Shown here piece by piece: positions 1 through 7,664 of a stretch of 20,438 bases of DNA (positions within the stretch are counted from its first letter, which is position 1; each line of letters starts with the position of its first letter). Made by a program: the position numbers and the translations under genes. Source of the DNA: an uncultured bacterium (lineage in GTDB: Bacteria; Lernaellota; Lernaellaia; Lernaellales; Lernaellaceae). The notes under the pieces were generated by a model. That model did no database searches. It was not told the DNA's origin and saw only the letters and a program-made list of their open reading frames with translations. The stretch covers positions 1-20,438 of the forward strand of contig CAZHPN010000104.1 in assembly GCA_964534375.1 (NCBI GenBank), in the 5' to 3' direction.

Positions 1-1085
1 TCGCGCAGCCAGACGTGCGAATACTGGCTCATCTGCGAAATGCCGCCGGTGTACGTTTGGTTTACCTTCATCGACAGCGCAAAGTCGCGCAGCAACTCGT
101 TGAACTTGGCGTCCGGCGTCTGGACCGTCAGAATTTTCGTCGCCCAATTCTGCCACCAGTTGACCGTGCCTCGGAGCAGAGCGTCGACGCCGGCTTTCTC
201 CAGGGCCGCGAAGGAGGTCTCGGGGTCCTGCCCGGTTTCGGTGAAGACCATCGGCACGACGACCACCTTTTCCTCGCCGGCCGCCAGCGGCCCGAGCGAG
301 ACCCGCATCTCCGACTCGCGCGGTCCCTTGACGGCCGTCAGGTCCAGCGGGCGCATGTCGAGGAGCCGGCCGGCATAGTCGGATTCGTGCAAGCCGGTCG
401 TTTCGAACCAACCCATCGTGCCGCCGAAGACGAGCGACACGTCCGCCACCGGCGCGGCGCCGAAGTTCCAGACGATCCAGACGCTGACCAGGGCCTCCTC
501 GCTCGCCGGGTCGGCGGCGCCGCGCGGAGCGAAGTTGACGCTCGTCCATTGCAGAGTGTCATTGCTGTGGTCGACGATCACCACATCGGCGTCGCGGACG
601 CGCGAAAGCGATTCGCGGGCAGGGCTCTGCTCGACGTCGCCGATGTACGTCCGTAGAGTCTTGTCCGAGAACCACTTCCAGTTGCGCTGGTAGTCCGGCC
701 CGCCGAGGTTGTGCCAGTCGCCGAGCGGATACTGGTTGCCGACGATGCCGAAGACGTGGCCGTTGCCGATCCCGACGCAGCCGAGCTGGCGGATCCACGG
801 CGGGTCGTGCATGTCGATATCCTGGCGATAGAGCGAACGGTCCTGCAAATAGGGCCGTTCTTTCATCCATTGCGAGAGGCCCGGATTCGGCGCGCTGTCG
901 TCGTCGACGCCGGGCGAGGAGTCGTCGTCGACGGCCGGAGACGTATCGTCGTCGGCCCAGGCGTCGTCGTCATAGGGCGTGGGCTCGTATTCCCATAAGC
1001 GGTAGCTGTTGTGGTCGAAAACGTCGCAGCCGCCGAGCAAAGCCGCCAACAACACGACGGCGCTCAGCGCCAGAATCACGCGCAT
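1..1085 (-). CDS. Lipoprotein with an Asp-rich N-terminal linker and a probable GH15-like (alpha/alpha)6 glycosidase domain; runs off the left edge (partial)
   Basis: Translated by hand; absent from the ORF track because no stop lies in the window. GGAGG RBS 5 nt before the ATG at 1085. MRVILALSAVVLLAALLGG-C20 is a hydrophobic signal plus lipobox, followed by DDDAWA-DDDTSPAV-DDDSSPGV-DDDSAP. The frame stays open to position 1 and ends ...NWWQNWATK...KFNELLRDFALSMKVNQTYTGGISQMSQYSHVWLR[D/E], resembling the YxxxWxRD motif of GH15/six-hairpin glycosidases. The family call is an inference. Confidence 0.8.
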   Translation of the reverse strand, partial: MRVILALSAVVLLAALLGGCDVFDHNSYRLWEYEPTPYDDDAWADDDTSPAVDDDSSPGVDDDSAPNPGLSQWMKERPYLQDRSLYRQDIDMHDPPWIRQLGCVGIGNGHVFGIVGNQYPLGDWHNLGGPDYQRNWKWFSDKTLRTYIGDVEQSPARESLSRVRDADVVIVDHSNDTLQWTSVNFAPRGAADPASEEALVSVWIVWNFGAAPVADVSLVFGGTMGWFETTGLHESDYAGRLLDMRPLDLTAVKGPRESEMRVSLGPLAAGEEKVVVVPMVFTETGQDPETSFAALEKAGVDALLRGTVNWWQNWATKILTVQTPDAKFNELLRDFALSMKVNQTYTGGISQMSQYSHVWLR

Positions 1086-1110
1086 CGGAACCTCCGGGGA
1101 AAGTCGCATC

Positions 1111-1139
1111 ATTTAAGGGGTTTCGGGCGGCGGGGTCAA
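1111..1139 (-). promoter_or_regulatory. Possible sigma70-type promoter of the lipoprotein gene
   Basis: Minus strand TTGACC (1139-1134), 17-nt spacer, TTAAAT (1116-1111), about 25 nt upstream of the ATG. The -10 match is only 4/6. Confidence 0.35.
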
Positions 1140-1169
1140 CCCGCGTTGCGTAGGGCATGAAGGTTCGGA

Positions 1170-1286
1170 CTAAACACAGAGGGCACGGAGGAAGGCACAG
1201 AGGTCACAGCGAGATTTTCTGAAAATTTGTCCGGCCGTTTTCCCCCTGTGCGCTCTGTGTCTTTTCTCTGTGCGCCCGGTGTTTAG
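1170..1286. repeat. Imperfect long inverted repeat built from CACAGAG-like units
   Basis: Left arm ctaaacac-agaggg-cacggag-gaagg-cacagag-gt-cacagcg. Reverse complement of the right arm ctaaacac-cgggcg-cacagag-aaaaga-cacagag-cg-cacaggg. Starts 11 nt past the pit stop codon. Confidence 0.8.
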
Positions 1287-1297
1287 ACCAAAACCTA

Positions 1298-2323
1298 TCA
1301 GCGCTGCATGGCGAGCCACAACGGCCGCAGGACGGGCCTGCAGATTTCGTAGGCGTGGAACGACGCCCAACCGATTCCGGCCGAAACGGGAATAGTGAAG
1401 ATCCAGGCGATCAGGATGCGGCCGGCCACGAGCCAACGCACGCCGCGCCGACGGCCGGCGAGGCCCACGCCGATGATCGCGCCGGTAATCGTGTGCGTCG
1501 TCGACACGGGAATGCCCAGGAGCGAAACGCCGAGGATCGTGACGCCGCCGGCAGTTTCGGCGCAAAAGCCGTGCATCGGATCGAGCTTGGTCAGCTTCAT
1601 GCCCATCGTGCGCACGATGCGGAAACCGCCGGCCATCGTGCCGGCGGCGATCATCGTATAGCAAAGAAAGATGATAACGGTGGGCATCGACGCGTCGGCT
1701 TGCAAATATCCGCCGGCGACCAGCAGCGCGAAGAGGATGCCCATCGTCTTTTGCGCGTCGTTGGTGCCGTGCGAAAAGGAATAGATCGCCGCGGAAACGA
1801 GCTGCAGCCGCCGGAACAGCACGTTCATCTTGTGCGGCGTCTGCTTCCGAACGAGATAGAGAACGATCATTTGGTTGAGCAACGCCAGAATTACGCCGAT
1901 TACCGGCGAAATGACGATGAAGGCCGCGACCTTGATCAACCCGGCCGGGATCAGCACCGCCGCGCCTTTGTAGGCGTAGGCGGCGCCGGCCAGGCCGCCG
2001 ATCAGCGCATGCGATGACGACGAGGGCAGGCCCCACCACCAAGTCATCAGGTTCCACGTAATGGCGCCGAGCAGCGCGGCGAGGACGACGGGTACGATGA
2101 TCTGGTCGGGATGGACGACGCCGCGGCCGACCGTCATCGCCACCGTCACGCCGAAGGTGAACGCCGCCGCGAAATTGAAAAACGCCGCCCACGCCACCGC
2201 CTGCCGCGGCGACAACACGCGCGTCGAAACGACCGTGGCGATCGAATTCGCCGCATCGTGGAAACCGTTGACGAAATCGAACGCCAACGCGACCGCGAAG
2301 GTCACGACGATCATCGCGAGCAT
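1298..2323 (-). CDS. pit: Inorganic phosphate transporter, PiT family
   Basis: Both PiT signature motifs are present (GFHDAANSIAT and HGTNDAQKTMG), plus PSSSSHALIGG, PVSTTH and many TM segments. The ATG at 2323 overlaps the upstream TGA (TGATG), so it is preferred over the TTG at 2326. Confidence 0.95.
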   Translation of the reverse strand: MLAMIVVTFAVALAFDFVNGFHDAANSIATVVSTRVLSPRQAVAWAAFFNFAAAFTFGVTVAMTVGRGVVHPDQIIVPVVLAALLGAITWNLMTWWWGLPSSSSHALIGGLAGAAYAYKGAAVLIPAGLIKVAAFIVISPVIGVILALLNQMIVLYLVRKQTPHKMNVLFRRLQLVSAAIYSFSHGTNDAQKTMGILFALLVAGGYLQADASMPTVIIFLCYTMIAAGTMAGGFRIVRTMGMKLTKLDPMHGFCAETAGGVTILGVSLLGIPVSTTHTITGAIIGVGLAGRRRGVRWLVAGRILIAWIFTIPVSAGIGWASFHAYEICRPVLRPLWLAMQR

Positions 2324-2952
2324 CAAGAATGCTCCAACACGATGCTTTCGGCGATGTTGGCGACGTCTTCGATGCAGTCGATCGCCACTTCCAGAATCTC
2401 GTACAGCTCCTTGAGCTTAATGACCATCAACGGGTCGTCGCGGTACGTGTGAAAGAGGGCGGCGATGCCGCTGCGATGAAACTGATCGCCTTGATTCTCG
2501 AGCCGGTTGATTTCTTTGCACGCGTCGAGAATCGCGTCGCGATTCTTCATGTTGCGCAACAAACTGACCATCAAGGCGAGTTGGTCCTGCGTGTCGATCA
2601 GCACGTGGCACTGCTTGATGATCTCGGCGGGCACCTCGTTGATTTCGAACAGCACCAGCCGGTGGGCCGCCGCGTCGATGTTGTCGACGACGTCGTCCAT
2701 ACCGGAGATCAACGCGAGGATTTCATCGCGGTCGAGCGGCGTGATGAATGTGCTGTGCAGCAGGTCGACCGTCTCGTGCGTGATCGAGTCGCATTCGTGT
2801 TCGAGATCCTGCAGGCACTTCGCTTTTTCGACCTTGAGCGAGAGATCTTCGACCGCCTCGAGCATGCACTTCGCCGCCTTCTGCGTCGCCTGCGCGTGCC
2901 GTTCGAACAGCGTGAAGAATTTGTTTTCCTTGGTGAAGAGTCGTTCGAGCAA
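2323..2952 (-). CDS. DUF47 family phosphate transport regulator (PhoU-like fold)
   Basis: LEHECDSITH...TFITPLDRDEI and INRLENQGD...KELYEILEVAIDCIEDVANIAESIVLEH match DUF47, and it sits in the usual position upstream of pit. The TTG start at 2952 (MLERLFTKENKFF, 209 aa, GGGGTGG upstream) is preferred over the longer ORF-track start. Confidence 0.92.
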   Translation of the reverse strand: MLERLFTKENKFFTLFERHAQATQKAAKCMLEAVEDLSLKVEKAKCLQDLEHECDSITHETVDLLHSTFITPLDRDEILALISGMDDVVDNIDAAAHRLVLFEINEVPAEIIKQCHVLIDTQDQLALMVSLLRNMKNRDAILDACKEINRLENQGDQFHRSGIAALFHTYRDDPLMVIKLKELYEILEVAIDCIEDVANIAESIVLEHS

Positions 2953-2977
2953 GGACCACCCCGATCGCGTAAGAATT

Positions 2978-2993
2978 GTTAGCGTAGGGTTAG
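2978..2993 (-). promoter_or_regulatory. Pho-box-like direct repeat (CTAAC-N6-CTAAC, 11-bp period)
   Basis: Minus strand reads ctaac cctacg ctaac upstream of DUF47-pit. An 11-bp period is typical of OmpR/PhoB-family sites, but the match is short. Confidence 0.3.
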
Positions 2994-3012
2994 AATTTCG
3001 TTTGCGCCTCTT

Positions 3013-3039
3013 ACTATGCCAGGAGCGTCGGGATGTCAA
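3013..3039 (-). promoter_or_regulatory. Candidate promoter of the DUF47-pit operon
   Basis: Perfect TTGACA (3039-3034) and a TGn-extended CATAGT (3018-3013). The spacer is only 15 nt. Confidence 0.35.
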
Positions 3040-3169
3040 CCGGCGGAACGCTCGAGGATTGCGGCGGACCGGCGATTCCGAGGTGAAATCGGCCCGTCGC
3101 CGGGCGATCTTGGCTGTTGAAGGACGCCGCAGTCCGCACGGATTCGCGGTCGGCCAAGCGTCGATTTTT

Positions 3170-3198
3170 GCAATCGTTTCATCGGCAATCGTTTCATC
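3170..3198. repeat. Perfect 14-bp direct repeat GCAATCGTTTCATC x2 in the divergent promoter region
   Basis: Copies at 3170-3183 and 3185-3198. Confidence 0.75.
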
Positions 3199-3271
3199 TT
3201 GCGCCGGGCGGACGATGCAGGTAATTTAACCGGTTGAAAGCGGTAATGTTTTCCAACCGGGAGTTCGGTCC

Positions 3272-6200
3272 ATGAAATGCTTGCGCGTCGGTTCGAGTTG
3301 TCTGGTTTTCGCCTTGGCTCTGGCATTCGCGTTTCCGGGCGTCGCCTCGGCTTTTCAGGTGAAGACGATGCAGCCCAATTACCATCGCTATCAGGTCTTT
3401 ACCGACGAGCCGCTGACGTTGGTTTGCGACCAGGCGCTCGATCCGTCCACGGTGGGGCCCGGGGTAATCCTCATCCAGGATTTGAAGACCAACCAGTCCG
3501 TCACCGGCACGGTGTCGCTCGCGACCACGAACGCCACCAACGATACGTTGATCTTAACGCCGAGCGGCGGGCATTTCCCGTGGGCCGAGCGGTTGCAGGT
3601 TCAAATCAGCGCCGCGGTGCACGATCTCACCGGCGCTTCTTTCACGGGCTCGCTGCCGTACCTCGGCGTGTTCGTCGCCAATATCCCGAACGATTTGCAA
3701 CGGCCAGAGCCCAGTTCCGGCTTTCCGGTCAACGTCTTTGTCAACTCCAACGTGCTGCTCGGCTTCAATCCGCTGGACCCCGAGGGCACGGACCCGACCA
3801 AATACAATTACATTCCGGGCATGGCCGGCACCGAGGCTTGGAAAATGAACACCGGCGATCCGAATGTGCTGATCGCCGTGGTCGACGACGGCATCGGCGA
3901 TTACGCCAACCCGGAACTGCTCGACCGGTACTTCCTTAACAAGGGCGAATTGCCGCAGCCCCAGAACGCCCAAGGCGTCCCCTGTCCGAACTGGGATTGC
4001 AACGGCGACGGCCGCTTCAGCGCGTCCGACTACATCAACGATCCGCGCGTGTACGACGCGAACGGCAATGGCGTGATCGACGCCGGCGACCTGATCATCA
4101 TTTTCTCCGACGGCATCGACAACGACCACAACGGCTTCATCGACGACATCTGCGGCTGGGACTTTTTCCGCAACGTGAATACGCCCTTCGGCGTGACGCA
4201 GTTCAAAGAAGGCACGCACGGCGAACAGCGCATCGAAGACGTGGTGGACGTCGCCAACAATGGCATCGGCGACAAGCCGGGCTTTTGCCCGAATTGCAGC
4301 ATTCTGCCCGTCCGCGTCGGCGAAGCGATCATGACGGAATACAACCTGATGGCGCAGGGCGTGAAGTACGCGACCGAAATGGGCGCGGAGGTCATCTGCG
4401 TCGCGAACGGCGTCGACGACTACTCGGTCGAAACCGAGCAAACCTTTATCGACGCATATGACGCCGGCGCGCTGATCATTGCGGCCTCGGGCGACGAACT
4501 GGGCATGCACCACATCTTTCCGGCCGCCGGCGAAGACGCGTACTGCGTGAAGGGCGTCTTGCCGATTCCGCCGGTCGAGTTGTTCGGGCCGGTCAATCTG
4601 TCGGTGCTCGCGTTTGTCGAAAGCTACTGCACGAATTTCGGCGCGCACATCGACGCCACCGGCGCGACGGGCGCGTGCAGTTCCGAAGCGACCTCCGACA
4701 TCACCGGCATTGCGGGCCTCATTCATTCCTACGCGCGGCAGCTCGGCATCACGTTGAGCCCGGGCGAGGTGCGCCAATTGTTGAACATGACGGCGGACCC
4801 GATCTCCGCCAATTGCTTCACCTGGAACCTGGAAGGCTGCAAACCGGGGTGGAACGAGAACTTCGGCTACGGCCGCGTCAACGCGCACAGCGCCTTGGAG
4901 GCGATGGGCGATCCGTTGTTCGGCGTGCCCGAGCGGATTCCGCCGGACGTGCGCATCACCTCGCCGCACTGGTGGACGACCATCGATCCGAGCCAGACGC
5001 CGACGTTCGACGTCGAGGGCTACGTGTACGCACGCGGCCGGCCGTTCACCTACCAACTCGAGATCGGCTTCGGCGTGGCGCCGGCCGAAAGCGACTACGT
5101 CGTCGTCCAAACCGGCTCCGGCCAGCAGCCGCTCAACGGCAAGCTCGCGACGGTCGATGTCATGAAATACGTCAACAACGCCTGGCTGACGCGCACGCCG
5201 AAGGCCACCAACGATTTCACCGTGATCTTGCGGCTGAAGGCGTGGTGGTCGCCGAGTTCGACGGAACAGGTCGTCGGGCAGATCCGCAAGGAAATCGGCT
5301 GGCACATCGACCACGACCCCACGACCGGCCTGCTGCCCGGTTTCCCGAAAGTCATCGGCGCCTCCGGCGCGTCCAGCCCGTTGATGTACGACATGGACGG
5401 CGATCCGGACGGCCGCCTCGAAATCGTCTTCGCCACGGCTCTGCCGACGGTCGAGATGTATAAGTACGACGACCAGACCGGCGAATATCGGCCCGCGCCG
5501 GGCTTCCCCGTCGCCCTGCCGCGCGCCCCGGGCAAGGCGTTCGACGATTCGGTCATCGCCTCGGTCGCCGTCGGGCCCGTCTTCGGCGACGGCATCCCGT
5601 ACATCGCCGTGGCGACCAGCCAGGCCCTGGTTTATCTCGTGTATCCCGACGGCAACAATCACGCGGGCGGGCCGTTCGTGCCCGGCTTCCCGGTCTCGGC
5701 CAACCCCAAAGACAATTCGACCCCGCTCTCGTGGGGCCACGGCAACGGCTTCGCCGCCTCGCCCGTGCTGGCCGACCTCGAAGGCGACGGGTTCCTCGAT
5801 ATCGTCATTCCCTCGTTCGACCAACATATTTACGCGTGGCGGCCGACGGTCGGCGCGAACGGTCTGGCGGAACCCGTGCCCGGTTGGCCGGTGTTGCTCT
5901 CGTCCGCGGCGTCCGACCACTTGGTCAATCCCAGCCTGGTTTGCGACGAGGAAGGCCCGGCGGAAGTGCTCGGCACGCCGGCGATCGCGATTCTCGATCC
6001 CAGCAGTTCGAATCCCGACATTGCCTATCATCCGTCGGTGATCGTCGGCACCTCCGAAACCTGCTCGAACTCGCAGTTGCCGACGGGCCGCCTGTACGCG
6101 GTCTATTGGAACGGCATGAACAACGCGAACGGTCCGTTCCTGCCCGACTGGCCGGCGATCATCACCACGCCGTCCGGCAACTCGCTGCCGATTCCGCCGT

Positions 6201-7318
6201 TGACGATCGGCGTCACGTCGAGCCCGGCGATCGCGTGGGACAGCGGCGTGCCGGTCATCAGCACCGGCAGCTTCTTCTGGTTCCCGCAACTCGTGTTCTA
6301 TCAAGACGAAAAGGTCTACGTGCGCGCGCTGTGGTCGGACGTCAACCTCGGCGATGCGGCGAACGGCTCCTTCGGCCGGTTCGACGATTCGGGCATTCTC
6401 TGGTACTTCTTCCCGACGGCCGGCTTCCTGCAAAATACGGACACCGGCTTCCGCCTGATTGCGTTCAGCATCGTCGGTTGGCGCCTCGACAATCTGAAGG
6501 CGCCGATGTTCCGGAAGAAGCTCGACGACATCAACTTCTTCCTCAATCCCATCATCACCAGCCTGCGGAACACCAGCCTGCGCCAGATCGTTTCGGGCTC
6601 GGGCGGCTACCTGATTCACGCGGTCGACATGAACGATCTCGAAGCGGATGGTTTCCCGAAGTACACGCAAAACTGGTCGACCAGCAGCCCGGCCGTCGGC
6701 GACCTGATGGGCAACGGCACGATGGATATCGTCGCGACCACGCACGAAGGCAACCTGTTTGCCTGGAAAACGAAGGGCAACTCCTGCCTGAATAACGAAC
6801 AGAACGCCGAATGGGGCCGTTTCCATCACGACACGTACAACACCGGCGTCTACGGCTATGACGCCTTCCCGCCGCGGATGGTCCGTAATCTGAAGGCGTA
6901 CAAGACGGAAAGCGCGAACGTCTTCAGCCTTTATTTCACCGCCCCCGGCGACGACGGCGACTGTGGCCGCCCGGCGTCGTGGGATATCCGCTATTCGACC
7001 AAACCCGGCGAGAACCTGCGCGACCCGGCCGTGTGGGCCACCGCGGCCGTGGCCCCGGCTCCCGACCCGGCGATGGGCGGCACGAAGGTCGTCGCCCAGA
7101 TGGACGCGCCCGGCGCCGTCTCGTTCGCGATGCGCGCGTACGACAAGATGGGCTTGATGTCGTGGATCTCGAACCAGGCGATTGTCCAAGACGCGCCCCC
7201 GCCTGACGACGACAGCGCCGCCGACGACGACGAGTCGCCGACCCCGTTCGCCGACGACGACACGTCGCCCGCTCCAAACTCGTCGTCGAGCAGCAAGAAA
7301 GGCGGGTGCGGCTGCTAG
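3272..7318 (+). CDS. Secreted S8 (subtilase-like) serine peptidase with an N-terminal Ig-like domain, Ca-binding inserts, FG-GAP repeats, an FN3-like domain, an Asp-rich linker and a C-terminal GGCGC
   Basis: GGGAG RBS and a Sec signal peptide (..PGVASA|FQ). Catalytic-type motifs IAVVDDG (Asp), GTHGEQ (His), AASGDE and GACSSEAT (Ser). Also DGIDNDHNGFIDDICGWDF, FGYGRVNA, repeated SSPxxxDxxGDGxxDIV / PGFP / PGWP FG-GAP motifs, and FTAPGDDG..WDIRYS. Confidence 0.9.
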   Translation: MKCLRVGSSCLVFALALAFAFPGVASAFQVKTMQPNYHRYQVFTDEPLTLVCDQALDPSTVGPGVILIQDLKTNQSVTGTVSLATTNATNDTLILTPSGGHFPWAERLQVQISAAVHDLTGASFTGSLPYLGVFVANIPNDLQRPEPSSGFPVNVFVNSNVLLGFNPLDPEGTDPTKYNYIPGMAGTEAWKMNTGDPNVLIAVVDDGIGDYANPELLDRYFLNKGELPQPQNAQGVPCPNWDCNGDGRFSASDYINDPRVYDANGNGVIDAGDLIIIFSDGIDNDHNGFIDDICGWDFFRNVNTPFGVTQFKEGTHGEQRIEDVVDVANNGIGDKPGFCPNCSILPVRVGEAIMTEYNLMAQGVKYATEMGAEVICVANGVDDYSVETEQTFIDAYDAGALIIAASGDELGMHHIFPAAGEDAYCVKGVLPIPPVELFGPVNLSVLAFVESYCTNFGAHIDATGATGACSSEATSDITGIAGLIHSYARQLGITLSPGEVRQLLNMTADPISANCFTWNLEGCKPGWNENFGYGRVNAHSALEAMGDPLFGVPERIPPDVRITSPHWWTTIDPSQTPTFDVEGYVYARGRPFTYQLEIGFGVAPAESDYVVVQTGSGQQPLNGKLATVDVMKYVNNAWLTRTPKATNDFTVILRLKAWWSPSSTEQVVGQIRKEIGWHIDHDPTTGLLPGFPKVIGASGASSPLMYDMDGDPDGRLEIVFATALPTVEMYKYDDQTGEYRPAPGFPVALPRAPGKAFDDSVIASVAVGPVFGDGIPYIAVATSQALVYLVYPDGNNHAGGPFVPGFPVSANPKDNSTPLSWGHGNGFAASPVLADLEGDGFLDIVIPSFDQHIYAWRPTVGANGLAEPVPGWPVLLSSAASDHLVNPSLVCDEEGPAEVLGTPAIAILDPSSSNPDIAYHPSVIVGTSETCSNSQLPTGRLYAVYWNGMNNANGPFLPDWPAIITTPSGNSLPIPPLTIGVTSSPAIAWDSGVPVISTGSFFWFPQLVFYQDEKVYVRALWSDVNLGDAANGSFGRFDDSGILWYFFPTAGFLQNTDTGFRLIAFSIVGWRLDNLKAPMFRKKLDDINFFLNPIITSLRNTSLRQIVSGSGGYLIHAVDMNDLEADGFPKYTQNWSTSSPAVGDLMGNGTMDIVATTHEGNLFAWKTKGNSCLNNEQNAEWGRFHHDTYNTGVYGYDAFPPRMVRNLKAYKTESANVFSLYFTAPGDDGDCGRPASWDIRYSTKPGENLRDPAVWATAAVAPAPDPAMGGTKVVAQMDAPGAVSFAMRAYDKMGLMSWISNQAIVQDAPPPDDDSAADDDESPTPFADDDTSPAPNSSSSSKKGGCGC

Positions 7319-7320
7319 CG

Positions 7321-7344
7321 CAGTGCTCAGTGGCCAGTGGCCAG
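7321..7344 (+). repeat. Short heptamer tandem repeat CAGTGCT-CAGTGGC-CAGTGGC-CAG
   Basis: Seen directly, 2 nt after the S8 stop codon. Confidence 0.7.
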
Positions 7345-7354
7345 AAGACATGAA

Positions 7355-7397
7355 GCCGGCCGCCCCGGTGTAGATTTGGCGAAACCGGGGCGACGGC
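7355..7397 (+). terminator. GC-rich hairpin downstream of the S8 gene (possible terminator or mRNA 3' stabiliser)
   Basis: cgccccggt (7361-7369) pairs with accggggcg (7384-7392), extendable by gccg/cggc. No U-tract follows. Confidence 0.4.
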
Positions 7398-7664
7398 AGG
7401 CGACGCGCCGGTGGTGTTGCTCGCCGAGTCGATGCCATGATTGCCCGAGATCGTCGGACAGCCCGCCGATGATCTTCATTCCCGGCCGTTAAACCCCTTT
7501 GCAAAAGCGGTCGACGGTCCCGCGGTGCGCGGGATTCGCCTGCATCGTCGGCGCCGCCGGAACCAACGCTGCGCCCGCCTGTTCCCGCGACGGTTGGCGC
7601 CGGCGGCGCGAGCGGACTAATATTCCAACGACGAGCGGCAGCACGCGACGAAAGGTCTGACGAT

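Noticed and set aside
15..998. Several short plus- and minus-strand ORFs listed in the track
   Set aside because: All overlap the real minus-strand lipoprotein gene that starts at 1085.
7316..7440. Amber readthrough or frameshift restoring a MYXO-CTERM TM tail
   Set aside because: In-frame readthrough gives RSAQWPVARRHEAGRPG..., which is not hydrophobic, and no TM plus RRR segment is evident in the other frames.
7375..7480. Fluoride or c-di-GMP riboswitch-like fragments (GGCGAAACC; GGTGGTGTTGCTCGCC...GCCGATGA)
   Set aside because: The required pairings and conserved spacing are not met by eye. An Infernal/Rfam scan would settle it.
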